Assembly (NCBI GenBank): GCA_965222605.1
Contig: OZ244960.1
Coordinates: 2,240,001-2,304,000, forward strand
Origin: Candidatus Latescibacterota bacterium
GTDB lineage: Bacteria > Latescibacterota > UBA2968
Reading direction: 5' to 3'
Length of the DNA stretch: 64,000 nucleotides
Position numbers and translations under genes: made by a program. Shown in pieces: positions 1-10,386 of this stretch (its first letter is position 1; every line of letters starts with the position of its first letter). The notes below the pieces were generated by a model. It worked only from the letters and a program-made list of their open reading frames with translations, made no database searches and was not told where the DNA came from.

Positions 1-143
1 GTATAATTCCATTTTTCTCGCTTCGCAAGTGTTTTTAATATTGAAAATTAGCATGGCTATGATAACTTAATGCAATTGGGTTTACAAAGCCGCAGTTATT
101 GGACATATTCTTTAAAAATAAACCTCTCTGTGAGACCATAGCA

Positions 144-2564
144 ATGAACGCAATATTATGTAGAACCTGGATGCTATTATTCCTCATCATCCCAATGTGT
201 TTTGGGCTTGCCGGGGCAGAGAAAGGCGTGGAAACAGCTCCATCAGACTCGTTGCACGCGCTGGGAGAAGACCAACTGCGCAAAGGCATGCTCGACGGCG
301 CCATCGAAACCTTTGCCCTACTGGTGGAAGCCTACCCTAAAAATGCCGTATTCAGATCCCGCCTGGGCTCCGCGCACCTCGCCCGCGGGGATTTTGACAC
401 GGCACAAACCGCGTTTGAGCACGCCAGACAACTCAACCCGCAATTGCCCGACCCTTATGTGGGCCTTGGCGAAGTCTATGTAAAACGACCTGCAATGGGG
501 ATAAAAGCCTTTTTCAATTTTCGAAAAGCCGTTGGAGAGGCCAGGCGGGCGACCAAAATCGATTCGACCTACGCGCCGGCCTATCGGTTATTAGGCGACC
601 TCTATGAGCGATTCCGAGCAGACCACGAAAAAGCCATTGGCTACTACATGAAATACCTCGAACTGGAGCCAGACAGCCCGGACGAACTCTATTATTTTGG
701 CCTGGCCTGCGTACAGGCCGGACAATACGACCCGCTCAACACCCACCTCGCACCCGCCCTCGAACGACAGCCCAACCAGATCCGCCTGCTTCCCCTTGTC
801 GCACAGGGCTACTCTTACCGGGAACAATACGAAATGGCCCTGTCGCATTTTGAACGCTACCTGCAAAGCCTGAGCGAACGAGAACGCGAGTACTATACGG
901 ACATATCCCTCATCGCTTCGCACAGAGAAATGCAGACATATCAAAGCGAAGAAACCGAGCGCCTGACCTATTTGAAACAATTCTGGCTCAGGCGAGACCC
1001 GGATGTGTTGACCCCAATCAACGAGCGCATTATCGAACACTATCGTCGCGTGTGGTATGCCCGCACCTTCTTCTCTCAAAACACCACCCCCTGGGACCAG
1101 CGCGGAGTGGTTTATATTCGATATGGCGAACCCGATTTTCGCTCTTCATCCGATAAGCCGAACCTGCTGATCAGCCCCGAAGTAGAGGCCGTACGCACCC
1201 GAATGGCCGTGGATATGTACGGCCCGAATGCCGCTTATCTCACATTTACTGGACCTGTTTTTCCAATACGGAAACACAACTTGAACACGGGAGAAAGCAT
1301 TCAGGACTTGAGGACATTGGATCCGGATACAGAGATAGATATTGAAGGCGTGGTAACAGCCGGGGATGTGGTGGATTTAACCGTCCCCATCAGCAAGGAA
1401 AGCGGTGCGGGAAGCGGGCGGGCGCCTTTTGATCAAGCGGGTCGGATCAAATTGCGATTGAATTTTCAGAACTACGCCCCCGTCACAATGGACCGGGAAT
1501 TTGAGACCGTGCCATGGGAGACGTGGACATACACACAACTCCGCGATGGCATCGAAATAACATTTACAGATGAAATGAACAACGGACGTTACGCATTTGC
1601 CCCATTGCCACCCATGCCCACAGGCGAGAATCAGACCCAGCATGCAGCTCGGATGATGGAATACATGCCCGGGGTCCTCTTCCGCAAAGCCACCGCCACC
1701 ACCCCCGATTACTACCGCCCGGGCATTGAACGGGACGCCCTCCATTTTTATTACGACCTCGCGGATTTCCGCGGCGAAGACGGAAAGACCTCTGTGGAAG
1801 TTTACTACGGAGTACCGCCCGGCAAAGTGGAAATCGCAACAGGACAGGATGAATTTTTGATCCAGGTGCAAAGCGCCCTTGCACTGGCAAACGAGGGCCA
1901 CACCGAGATCTTTCGCGCAGCAGAGATATTTTCCTACCAGAACACAACGGGTTTCGACCGACAAAAGGGCGCGTATATCCCGGATATGCTGCGGGTTCAG
2001 GTGCCACCCGGAACGTACGAATTACAGGTACAACTCAAAGATATGGCATCGAGACGCGTGGGCGTTTACAAACAGACCCTGAAAATTCAGGACTACGGCA
2101 CCGATCAGCTTCGGCTAAGTGGCATCCTGCTGGCTTCGTCCATTGGCGAGAGCGGAACCAACGACCGGTTTCAGAAAGGAGATTTGTGGATAGAGCCAAT
2201 GCCATCCCGGGCTTATCAAGAAAACCAGAAAGTCTATGCCTATTTTGAAATCTACAACCTGAAACGCGATACCTTTGGGCAGACGCGCTACCGCATTCAA
2301 TATCGCGTACGTCACCATCCCGGCAATCCAGTCGGCGTTAAAGGCATCGTAGCCGCCGGATTCCGCAACCTGTTCAAACGCCGCAAACCCCAGGTATCCG
2401 TCACCTACGAACAGGTCGGCTCGCAACCGACTGAGAGGGAATACATCGAACTGGACCTGAGCAAAGCCGAGACTGGCGTCAATGTCCTCGAAGTAATCAT
2501 TACCGATCTGGTAACGGGAAATACCGAAACCAGAGAAGTGGCTTTCCTCTACGGCAGGATTTGA
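144..2564 (+). CDS. GWxTD-domain protein with N-terminal signal peptide and TPR repeats
   Basis: Hydrophobic N-terminus and TPR-like helices. FWLRRDPD..INERIIEHYRRVWYAR..PWDQRGVVYIRYGEPD matches the GWxTD domain pattern. Start placed at ATG 144 (MNA, as in the paralog); the ORF track starts at 99. Confidence 0.85.
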   Translation: MNAILCRTWMLLFLIIPMCFGLAGAEKGVETAPSDSLHALGEDQLRKGMLDGAIETFALLVEAYPKNAVFRSRLGSAHLARGDFDTAQTAFEHARQLNPQLPDPYVGLGEVYVKRPAMGIKAFFNFRKAVGEARRATKIDSTYAPAYRLLGDLYERFRADHEKAIGYYMKYLELEPDSPDELYYFGLACVQAGQYDPLNTHLAPALERQPNQIRLLPLVAQGYSYREQYEMALSHFERYLQSLSEREREYYTDISLIASHREMQTYQSEETERLTYLKQFWLRRDPDVLTPINERIIEHYRRVWYARTFFSQNTTPWDQRGVVYIRYGEPDFRSSSDKPNLLISPEVEAVRTRMAVDMYGPNAAYLTFTGPVFPIRKHNLNTGESIQDLRTLDPDTEIDIEGVVTAGDVVDLTVPISKESGAGSGRAPFDQAGRIKLRLNFQNYAPVTMDREFETVPWETWTYTQLRDGIEITFTDEMNNGRYAFAPLPPMPTGENQTQHAARMMEYMPGVLFRKATATTPDYYRPGIERDALHFYYDLADFRGEDGKTSVEVYYGVPPGKVEIATGQDEFLIQVQSALALANEGHTEIFRAAEIFSYQNTTGFDRQKGAYIPDMLRVQVPPGTYELQVQLKDMASRRVGVYKQTLKIQDYGTDQLRLSGILLASSIGESGTNDRFQKGDLWIEPMPSRAYQENQKVYAYFEIYNLKRDTFGQTRYRIQYRVRHHPGNPVGVKGIVAAGFRNLFKRRKPQVSVTYEQVGSQPTEREYIELDLSKAETGVNVLEVIITDLVTGNTETREVAFLYGRI

Positions 2565-2625
2565 GCACTGTTGCAATACTGTGGATTGTCATTATCCATC
2601 CCTCGCCCATTCTCGATTGCAAGCA

Positions 2626-4425
2626 TTACGGCAGATTCAATGGAATTTCTATCTCAGCCTCGGGTTCGCGGTAGGCGCGATAGGTTGCCCAGTAAGTATT
2701 TCCCGAGTAGGCATTGAGTCGGAAGACCTCCGTACCGGTAGCATCGACCTCACTTATCGCTACCGCCCTCTCCTCTATCGCCAGACTTTCGTCGTAACCG
2801 CGATCATTCCGCCATGCAATCAGCCAGTTCCCATTATCGAGCACTGTGACCCCTCCCCACCAGGGCGTATAACCGTATTTTGGATCCAACCGAAACTGAC
2901 GTATAAAACTGGCCTGACCGCTAACGGGATCAATCGCGTATTCCACCACCCGGGAAAACTGCTCCAAGTCACCGCGATTAGGCGATTCACCGATCCGCGC
3001 GCTCAGACAACCGCCACCATTATCAAATAGAACGACGGTACCCCTATCGGTCAGCGTTGGCTGGTGCTGCGCGCAAAACTCTCCCATACCTTCATCATCG
3101 CCCTCTATCGTCAGGAACACGCGGTCATCCGGAAATGATTCTCCTTGATCGGTGCCGCCGAGTTGCCACACGATGCTCGTACCTGGATTATCTTCAGACT
3201 TTGCTGAACGATCAATCCGAAACACCTGCGAACCACCTCTCAACGACACAATAATATCCCCCTCTATCAGTTGTATGGAATTGATATGTGCATAATCCCT
3301 CTTGAAGTCATCCCACAGACAATCGGGATCAATCGTCAGATGGTCAAAGCCGACCCAACGGTAAACCTCCTCGCCCATCGGCGTAACTTCCTGGATAACT
3401 GGATCTGTCGTATTGTGTACACCGTGTTCACCAAAGTCGCGCCGCGCCGGGTTATAAGCCATAAACATAAAATTGCCCTCGTCGGTAATCAGAAAATCGT
3501 GACTGGTGACTTGCGTCACTGGAGGGACGGTTTCTACTGTCTTGATCAACTCGAACGATTCGTCGAACAACTCTACCTCTGACACAAAGGCAAAGGTACG
3601 CGGTTCTGGCACCTGTTTGGCTACTGAATAATGTACCTTTCGCCCATCTATCGTCGGGCCGGTGGTATGACGCTGGAAGTGAGAGCGTCGAGTGGAGAAC
3701 CTGCGGTGGAATCTGGGCACACCATTGTTGTCCATGACAACCATGAAGAAAGGGGGATTGGCACCTTTTATACCTACATTCATGAACATCAAGCCATCCG
3801 ACACGCCAGCTTGCTTCTTCACAACTCTGATCTCCGGAAAATCCGAGGGGATGCAGTGGACAACATAGGTCACAGAATTCTGTCCATCACTCAGTTCAAT
3901 TGCAATGTCGTGGTCGCTATCTACAACGACTGCTTCATCTACATCTCGACCCGACATCTCAATATTGTTCAGCTTTAGTTGCATCTCCTCACCCTTAGCC
4001 CTTGCCTTCACCTGCAACTTCGTGGCATCTTCGCACCGGATAGCATAATGGCGAACATCGGGATCAAAAGTCGGATACATCTCGCCAATGCCGCCGGTTA
4101 CCGCCAGAGAGGTCAGTACCAGATCCACTTCAGGCGGGGCAGATTTTCCAAAGTGATCGACAAAAATCAAGAAATCAGACACCGAAATCTCGCCGTCACC
4201 ATCCAAATCATACTTGGCTTTATACGTCTCATCGCCACGCTTTGCACCGAAATGATCTACAAAAAGTAAAAAGTCGGGAATATCCACAATCCCGTTCCCA
4301 TTAAAATCAGGTAATAACTCTGCCGAGACTTCCAACGCAGTGCTGAGGGTCAATATCACTGCTATCGAGATAGATGTAAAACGCACGCGAAGCAAATTAT
4401 ATCCTCCTGAAGTAAAAATGGCCAT
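2626..4425 (-). CDS. Secreted arylsulfotransferase (ASST)-family protein with N-terminal dockerin/EF-hand-like module
   Basis: Signal peptide; paired DFNGNGIVDIPDFL / DLDGDGEISVSDFL repeats; ASST motifs HDF, DYAHINSI, WQLGG, QH, LFDNG, YRAYR. Alternative TTG start at 4395 behind AGGAGG. Confidence 0.8.
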   Translation of the reverse strand: MAIFTSGGYNLLRVRFTSISIAVILTLSTALEVSAELLPDFNGNGIVDIPDFLLFVDHFGAKRGDETYKAKYDLDGDGEISVSDFLIFVDHFGKSAPPEVDLVLTSLAVTGGIGEMYPTFDPDVRHYAIRCEDATKLQVKARAKGEEMQLKLNNIEMSGRDVDEAVVVDSDHDIAIELSDGQNSVTYVVHCIPSDFPEIRVVKKQAGVSDGLMFMNVGIKGANPPFFMVVMDNNGVPRFHRRFSTRRSHFQRHTTGPTIDGRKVHYSVAKQVPEPRTFAFVSEVELFDESFELIKTVETVPPVTQVTSHDFLITDEGNFMFMAYNPARRDFGEHGVHNTTDPVIQEVTPMGEEVYRWVGFDHLTIDPDCLWDDFKRDYAHINSIQLIEGDIIVSLRGGSQVFRIDRSAKSEDNPGTSIVWQLGGTDQGESFPDDRVFLTIEGDDEGMGEFCAQHQPTLTDRGTVVLFDNGGGCLSARIGESPNRGDLEQFSRVVEYAIDPVSGQASFIRQFRLDPKYGYTPWWGGVTVLDNGNWLIAWRNDRGYDESLAIEERAVAISEVDATGTEVFRLNAYSGNTYWATYRAYREPEAEIEIPLNLP

Positions 4426-4538
4426 CCGTCCTCTAATTACACAGAACTGATGACCATTGTGTACTGCCCTTGCACATCAACCGAACAGTCGTGCCTACTC
4501 CGAAGTCTTGTTATCTGAGGTTGCAAGTTAAACTACAC

Positions 4539-6470
4539 CTAATGACAGCTATAAATATCTGGACTGAACGCTTTTGAATTCACAGGAATCTCTACCCCGA
4601 AGTTCGAAGGCTTGCTATTTGAGATTGTAAGCGGCGTGTTGCGAATCGTTTCCCACTCGGTGCGTAGATTTTTTACCCAGACTGGCAAAGTTCCCAAACG
4701 CAATTCAAGCTGTGCTTCAAAAAGCGATTCCGGTTCAACCGCCTCGCCATTGGATTCCAGAATCTCGAGAGTACTTTCCTCAAAAGTGGCCGGATTGCCG
4801 TGAAAGCCTACAATAATCGGATACAAAAATTTGAGATATCCCTGCCAAAAATCATAGTGAGTAACATCGCCCCCGTGGTTGTAATTCCAGAACACAAGAC
4901 GCCTGAGATGGTGGGGCGGAACACCGCCACCGCTGCTACCAGACAACCTGCCATTATTCACGCAGTCGTACAAATTTGCATAGCAGGGATCGGTCTTATG
5001 GATATCAAGTGGCTGGTTTGGCGCCATATCAAAACGATAGATCACATTGCCCGTTGAGACATGGCTCATACCCGCGCCATGATGTTGGCCTGGAATCGCA
5101 CGGGTGTTTCTCTGAGCATCGATGAGAGGGGCCGTGCTATAAGGAGCCTGGCCTGCAATATCTTCGGACAGCCCAAACCATATCCCGTAACTGCCCTGAC
5201 TGTTAAAAGCAGTATGGCCCTTATTTCCCGCTATTGTAACCTGATAAACCGATGAGGCAGCACTGACAGTAAAACCAAGTGCGCCACTGACATGCATGAA
5301 AGAGACGCGCCGAACCCAGGAATTGACACACCGGTTGAATGAGAGCAACTTCCAGCCCGCATTGTGGATGAAATTCAGGTGATGGACAAATGACTCAAAG
5401 AACGAGCCGTGAAAGCTGATGTCCTCAACGCCGACTTCTTCGAGATGCGGCAAGGACTGCACCCCCCAATTATATGCGTGATTCACACGGGCATGCAGGG
5501 GTGCATTGAGGCGAATGCGATTGCCTTGAATCTCGGCAATGCTGTGTTCTTCCCGTATATCAAGCCCCACTTCGAAAAGTTCCGACAAGCCGGATGGCGA
5601 GCGAGGAGCAAGGAACTCATTAATTGCTTCTTCCTCCTTAGTATTCACAGAGACCCAAATCCACTGACCGACTGAGAGCCTGGAAGCATTATTCACTGTA
5701 ATCCAAAAAGTTTCTCGCTCCGCACGCTCTGTAATGCGCGTTAAGGTAGAACGACTGAAGCTAACAGGCTGGAAAAGGAACATACTGGACACATAACCGG
5801 GTCTATCGGGAAGGGGGGACATATGATTTACCATTCGGATGATGGTGCCACCCATTCGGCTACCGCTACCTCGCAAAACAATATTGCTACTCCTGATGTA
5901 GATAGGCTCATTGTAGCCCTCGTCATTTTTATCCGCATCGGTATTGACGAGAAATTCACCTGGCGGGAAGAACACAACACCACTGCCATTGGCCTCTGCT
6001 GCGGCAATAGCACTTACAATAGCAGGCTGGTCAGATACATTATCGTTAGGGATCGCACCATACGTTGTAACGTCAAAAATGGGATGCGCGACATCGGGAA
6101 CCGGTTTGTTGAAATAGTGATAGCCCGAATAAGAAAAATCGGGTAAAATGGGTTCTGTCCCATACTCTTTTGCCTTCACAAACTGCTGATAGGTGATCGC
6201 GTTCCGCAGAAATTCCACTGTTCTGCCAAAGCTGCTGGCAAAGAGCAGAAAATCGCCAAACCCAATTGCGCCATCGCCATTCAGATCGTACTTTGTATCA
6301 TACCTCTCTTGACCTTCCCGAGCACCAAACGCGCTTACAAATAGCAAAAAGTCGGTAAAATCGACCACACCACTCTCGTCAAAGTCCGGGGAAGGTGCCG
6401 CAGATAACGGTTGGACCAACAGAGCGACGAGTATGATTATAAACGTTTGTAAACGCATGCGAAGCAGCAT
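4539..6470 (-). CDS. Secreted pectate-lyase-3/DUF4955-like beta-helix protein with dockerin/EF-hand-like module
   Basis: Signal peptide and DFDESGVVDFTDFL/DLNGDGAIGFGDFL module. LPDFSYSGY, FDVTTYGAIPND, GVVFFPPGEF and C-terminal PESLFEAQLELRLG are typical of this family. Confidence 0.75.
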   Translation of the reverse strand: MLLRMRLQTFIIILVALLVQPLSAAPSPDFDESGVVDFTDFLLFVSAFGAREGQERYDTKYDLNGDGAIGFGDFLLFASSFGRTVEFLRNAITYQQFVKAKEYGTEPILPDFSYSGYHYFNKPVPDVAHPIFDVTTYGAIPNDNVSDQPAIVSAIAAAEANGSGVVFFPPGEFLVNTDADKNDEGYNEPIYIRSSNIVLRGSGSRMGGTIIRMVNHMSPLPDRPGYVSSMFLFQPVSFSRSTLTRITERAERETFWITVNNASRLSVGQWIWVSVNTKEEEAINEFLAPRSPSGLSELFEVGLDIREEHSIAEIQGNRIRLNAPLHARVNHAYNWGVQSLPHLEEVGVEDISFHGSFFESFVHHLNFIHNAGWKLLSFNRCVNSWVRRVSFMHVSGALGFTVSAASSVYQVTIAGNKGHTAFNSQGSYGIWFGLSEDIAGQAPYSTAPLIDAQRNTRAIPGQHHGAGMSHVSTGNVIYRFDMAPNQPLDIHKTDPCYANLYDCVNNGRLSGSSGGGVPPHHLRRLVFWNYNHGGDVTHYDFWQGYLKFLYPIIVGFHGNPATFEESTLEILESNGEAVEPESLFEAQLELRLGTLPVWVKNLRTEWETIRNTPLTISNSKPSNFGVEIPVNSKAFSPDIYSCH

Positions 6471-6482
6471 ATTAAATTCCTC

Positions 6483-7283
6483 CTACAGGTTCTTTTTTGC
6501 CGCACGGTACGTCGGGAATACCTGCGGATAACATTCGCCGGAAACTGTTTGGCAGGCATCTGCATGGATGAAGGCAATGCTAAAGGCGCGACGGGGCCGA
6601 TCCGTGGTATTCACAAGAGAAGAATGCAGCAGTTTGGTTTTGAAGAGGATGACTTCGCCTTTGTCCATTTCCATGTAAGCCCGCTTTTCTTTCGGGGCAT
6701 ACTTTTGAATGTCATCTTCTCGATCGACCGTATGAATGGGACATTCTTTGTGTGAAGAAGGAATCACGGTCAGGCAGCCGTTTTCCCGTGTCTGCGGATC
6801 GAGGGCGGTATAAATCGTGATTTCTTCGGGAATGCTCAGGTTCCAACTGCGCCCGTCCTGATGCCAGACAAGGGGCACGCCGCCTTCGGCCGGTTTGTTA
6901 AAAAACATGGACCTGAACACGCCGACTTTCTCGCCTATCTTTTTTCGAGTGATGTGCCTGAAAAGTGGATGCTGGATATATTTCAGGAACAAAGGGTCCA
7001 TCTCCAGTTCCTGAATCTTCCGATACTTCAGGGAACTGCCCTTGTGCCTGGCAGAAAAACCGGTCATCCCCTCTGCCTTCGAGGCCGAAGGGCAAAGCTG
7101 CATGCGCATCCCCTCGTAGCGAATTTTGTCCAGCATGATCTCATCGATGCGGTCGCAAAGTCGGTCGATTTCCCCTTCTGGTAATATCACACCCAGCCGA
7201 ACATAACCAATCTCTTCCAGTTCCTGCCATTCGGCTTTGGTCAGTTCAGGGTTCTGTCTGAGGTTTGTATCAGTCATTGCCAT
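6483..7283 (-). CDS. Phytanoyl-CoA dioxygenase (PhyH) family Fe(II)/2OG dioxygenase
   Basis: WHQD...ENGCLTVIPSSH...LLHSS..N motifs; GGAGG upstream of ATG 7283. Confidence 0.85.
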   Translation of the reverse strand: MAMTDTNLRQNPELTKAEWQELEEIGYVRLGVILPEGEIDRLCDRIDEIMLDKIRYEGMRMQLCPSASKAEGMTGFSARHKGSSLKYRKIQELEMDPLFLKYIQHPLFRHITRKKIGEKVGVFRSMFFNKPAEGGVPLVWHQDGRSWNLSIPEEITIYTALDPQTRENGCLTVIPSSHKECPIHTVDREDDIQKYAPKEKRAYMEMDKGEVILFKTKLLHSSLVNTTDRPRRAFSIAFIHADACQTVSGECYPQVFPTYRAAKKNL

Positions 7284-7326
7284 TGGAATATCCTCCCTGC
7301 TCATCAGGACGAGACGACGGCAAACG

Positions 7327-8859
7327 CTACTCATACTCTATCCAGAGTTGTAAGTCGTAGAGGACGAGAGCGTTACCGCCTGGCGCGTTGTGCGCGATCT
7401 CAATTCGGTTCGAGCCCAATTTCACCTTCTGAGGATTCACGGTATAGATCGCCCAAACATCGGTGAGCTTCGTACAGGTAAGAGGGTTACTATTGAAGGT
7501 GATAGACACGTCGCCGGCATCGGTTAATGCTTCAGCTTGAAGGCACAGAGTTGCCCTGGGCCGGAAGCCGCTGGCCCCAGCACTGCCCAGATCATCCCCG
7601 ACCTCCAGGTAGATCTTCAGGAATTCGCCAGCATTCAAAGTATGCGGATCTTCGGGGGAGAAGACCCTCGGGCGCGTGTAGAAGCAATCGCCATCCTTCA
7701 GCCAGTAGCCGGCATCCATGGCCTGTCGCCCCCGGAAAACGGGGCAATAAACCTTGTTCAAATGGGCGAGCGTATCTGGATCGCCCAGGTCGTGGAGAAT
7801 CTGCCAGCGCGTCAAATTGAAGAGATAGACCGAATCGGCCCTCGCGTTCAAAGCGTTGACAGATCGAGCCCGGTACGCTTCCAGCGAATTGCGCACCACA
7901 GAAAAGGGCGGCGTCACCCCGGAAGCGGCGGAGAGTTCGCACGCGAGGTGCTTGGAAATCTCGGTCAGCTGAGGTAAGGGAGTTTGGACGCGACATTCGT
8001 CCAGGGCCGCCCAGACCTGAACGCCGTACCTGTGACCGAGGGCGACACTCTCGGACCATTCCTGCAGGCGGAAGTATCCGCCTGGAATCCAGATGTCGAT
8101 CAAATCCTCGGCCATCCACTTTTCTATCTGGATACCCATCCCGTTGCAGTACCCGACGGAATCCGGGGTGCGAACAGACAGGAGGATGGGTCGGGCGCGC
8201 TCCGCACCGATTTCATCGGTCATCGCTCTGGTCCTGCGCATCAGATCGGTCATACTCTCGCGCTCGGCATCACTGACCTCCTCCCCCCAGGCGGCGCTCT
8301 TGAACAGGAGCGGATGCCGAAAGAAATCGAACATGAACCCGTCGATATCGTAGCGACGAGCCACGTCTTCCCACAGGCGAAAGGCCTGATCGCGAATTTC
8401 GGCCCGCCCATAATTGACCGATGTCCAGCGACCGTGGGGAGGCGGGTTGTCCTGGGTGCCCACCAACCAATCGGGATGTTCCTGTTTGAGCTTGTTGTTG
8501 GCGATTTTCCACCTCGCATCCTCGTAATCGCCAGCATCGTGGGTGTCGTTCATGCGCATGGCCCAGAAGGCCTCGAAGTTATTCTCGCGACAGAACTCGA
8601 GGTAGATCTGAAGCCCATCGCGGCCCTTATTGTCGAGTTTGATTCCTTCTGGCGGCCACTCCTGTCCGACTGTGGTGCGGTACAAACGGGATAGGTTGAA
8701 CTGATGCACCAGTGAATAGGTACACGTATCGACCCGGGTACCCGCCGCATGCGCGAGGATATTCTCTATGGGCTGCCCGTCGGAGTGAAAGACGATCCGG
8801 CGTTTGCGCCCGGCGGCCTCTTTGCGGAGGGCCTTGATTTGCGTATCTGAGAGTGCCAT
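7327..8859 (-). CDS. Glycoside hydrolase-like TIM-barrel protein (GHL10/DUF187-like), no signal peptide
   Basis: MRMNDTHD, HPDWL, RYDIDGFMFDFFRHP motifs plus a C-terminal beta domain; paralog of 18757..20322. Confidence 0.65.
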   Translation of the reverse strand: MALSDTQIKALRKEAAGRKRRIVFHSDGQPIENILAHAAGTRVDTCTYSLVHQFNLSRLYRTTVGQEWPPEGIKLDNKGRDGLQIYLEFCRENNFEAFWAMRMNDTHDAGDYEDARWKIANNKLKQEHPDWLVGTQDNPPPHGRWTSVNYGRAEIRDQAFRLWEDVARRYDIDGFMFDFFRHPLLFKSAAWGEEVSDAERESMTDLMRRTRAMTDEIGAERARPILLSVRTPDSVGYCNGMGIQIEKWMAEDLIDIWIPGGYFRLQEWSESVALGHRYGVQVWAALDECRVQTPLPQLTEISKHLACELSAASGVTPPFSVVRNSLEAYRARSVNALNARADSVYLFNLTRWQILHDLGDPDTLAHLNKVYCPVFRGRQAMDAGYWLKDGDCFYTRPRVFSPEDPHTLNAGEFLKIYLEVGDDLGSAGASGFRPRATLCLQAEALTDAGDVSITFNSNPLTCTKLTDVWAIYTVNPQKVKLGSNRIEIAHNAPGGNALVLYDLQLWIEYE

Positions 8860-8862
8860 CAG

Positions 8863-9015
8863 TTAAAAACTCATTGTTTGCGGAGGGCCGGGGTCCATCG
8901 ATAACACACGGGCGTCAAAGTTTTTTTTCAAAAGCTGCAGTTTCAGATCCCAGTATTCCGGATTCTGCCACAGGTCGGTGCAGTACCAGAGAATATTTGG
9001 CAGACGGTCTGGCAT
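8863..9015 (-). pseudogene. Internally deleted, in-frame 50-aa remnant of the sulfatase gene at 22050..23495
   Basis: About 95% nt identity to both ends of that gene, joined at a GGTCG microhomology. Encodes MPDRLPNILWYCTD+LWQNPEYWDLKLQLLKKNFDARVLSMDPGPPQTMSF and keeps its RBS. Confidence 0.9.
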
Positions 9016-9026
9016 TGTATTTTCTC

Positions 9027-10343
9027 CTATGAGACAACCTCATCGAGGGCGTTTCCGACAGCTAAAATCAAACCGTCGATGTGATCGTCCTGCGTCGGCA
9101 GACTGATCGCACACATATTCAATCCCTGCCCGCAGAAATAGCCCTGATTGAGCAAAGACAGGAACACTACCATTGCCTTGTCCGACCGGGTCAAATCGCG
9201 ATAATTGTGCAACCGGTCAATGCCAAAGTGGATACTGAACACCGATCCCGTCACAACGACCTGCGCCATAACGCCCCGTTCGGCAAACAAGTCTTCCAGA
9301 CCGGCCTTCAACCGGTTCCCCAGACGGTTCAGATGCGCGTAAGCCTCATCCGTCATAGATTCGAGCGTGGCGATCCCCGCAGCCATCGCCACGGCGTGAC
9401 CGCTGTGGGTGCCACTCTGAAAAACAGGCGAAGACCCACTGGAATTATCCACCAGATCCATAATATCCGCTCGCCCGCCAAAGGCTCCGATTGGAAACCC
9501 ACCGCCGATCATCTTGCCAAAACACGTCAAATCGGGCCTGACCCCCACATGACTCTGCAGACCGCCCTTCGCCTGGCGGAATCCGACAATCTCGTCGAGA
9601 ATCAACAAAATGCCGAGTTCCTCGGTAATCGCGCGTACCCTGCGGATAAAATCGTGCCGAATCGGGATAATACCCGCCTTTGGATCGAGAATCACACACG
9701 CCAGTTCGTCTCGGTGGCGCGACAGAAGCCGCTCGACACTCTCCTCGTCGTTATAAGGCAAAACAATCATATCCTCAAGCGCGTGCAACGCCATACCTCC
9801 CGCGCTGGGAACCGCATTGGGGGCAGAGGCTTCGCCCGCGGATTCCAGCGGCGGAGCAGTGCTGATTTCCACGGCATCATGACTGCCGTGGTAGCCGCCT
9901 TCAAACTTCGCGATCTTCGGCCTGCCACTGAAGCATCTCGCCAGCCGGACGGCGTGCAGTGTGGCTTCGGTCCCGGAATTGACAAAACGGATGCGCTCAA
10001 CCGAAGATACGCGCTCGCACATCATCCGTGCCAACCGGGTCTCGACACCCGTCGCAGCGCCAAGCGCAATACCATCAACCAACTGTCTCTCAACGGCTTC
10101 TATAATCGCAGGATGGTTGTGCCCCAAAACCTGTGCAGTGTGGTGATTCGAGAAATCGACATAAGATCTGCCGTCAACATCTTCGAGCACACATCCCTTT
10201 CCCCGCCGCAGCGTGATCGGATACGGCGCAAAAAAATAGGCGCCCTTGGCGGCGCCGGCATTCACCGATCGACCATCCTCAAACATCTGACGGGACATCG
10301 GCGTTAGCTCGCGGTATCTAACTTCAATCGTCTCTTGGGACAT
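9027..10343 (-). CDS. Class III PLP-dependent aminotransferase (GSA aminomutase-like)
   Basis: RFVNSGTEA, KFEGGYHG, LILDEIVGFR, PDLTCFGKMIGGGFPIGAFGG; start set at ATG 10343 behind GAGG. Confidence 0.9.
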   Translation of the reverse strand: MSQETIEVRYRELTPMSRQMFEDGRSVNAGAAKGAYFFAPYPITLRRGKGCVLEDVDGRSYVDFSNHHTAQVLGHNHPAIIEAVERQLVDGIALGAATGVETRLARMMCERVSSVERIRFVNSGTEATLHAVRLARCFSGRPKIAKFEGGYHGSHDAVEISTAPPLESAGEASAPNAVPSAGGMALHALEDMIVLPYNDEESVERLLSRHRDELACVILDPKAGIIPIRHDFIRRVRAITEELGILLILDEIVGFRQAKGGLQSHVGVRPDLTCFGKMIGGGFPIGAFGGRADIMDLVDNSSGSSPVFQSGTHSGHAVAMAAGIATLESMTDEAYAHLNRLGNRLKAGLEDLFAERGVMAQVVVTGSVFSIHFGIDRLHNYRDLTRSDKAMVVFLSLLNQGYFCGQGLNMCAISLPTQDDHIDGLILAVGNALDEVVS

Positions 10344-10386
10344 TGCACAATCCTCAAAAAAAGGATTAAAACCTCTCAGCACCCCG

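Noticed and set aside
8863-9030. Stubs as assembly artefacts
   Set aside because: The copies differ from the intact genes by 3-10% substitutions, many synonymous, which a collapsed-repeat misassembly would not produce. Read mapping is still advisable.
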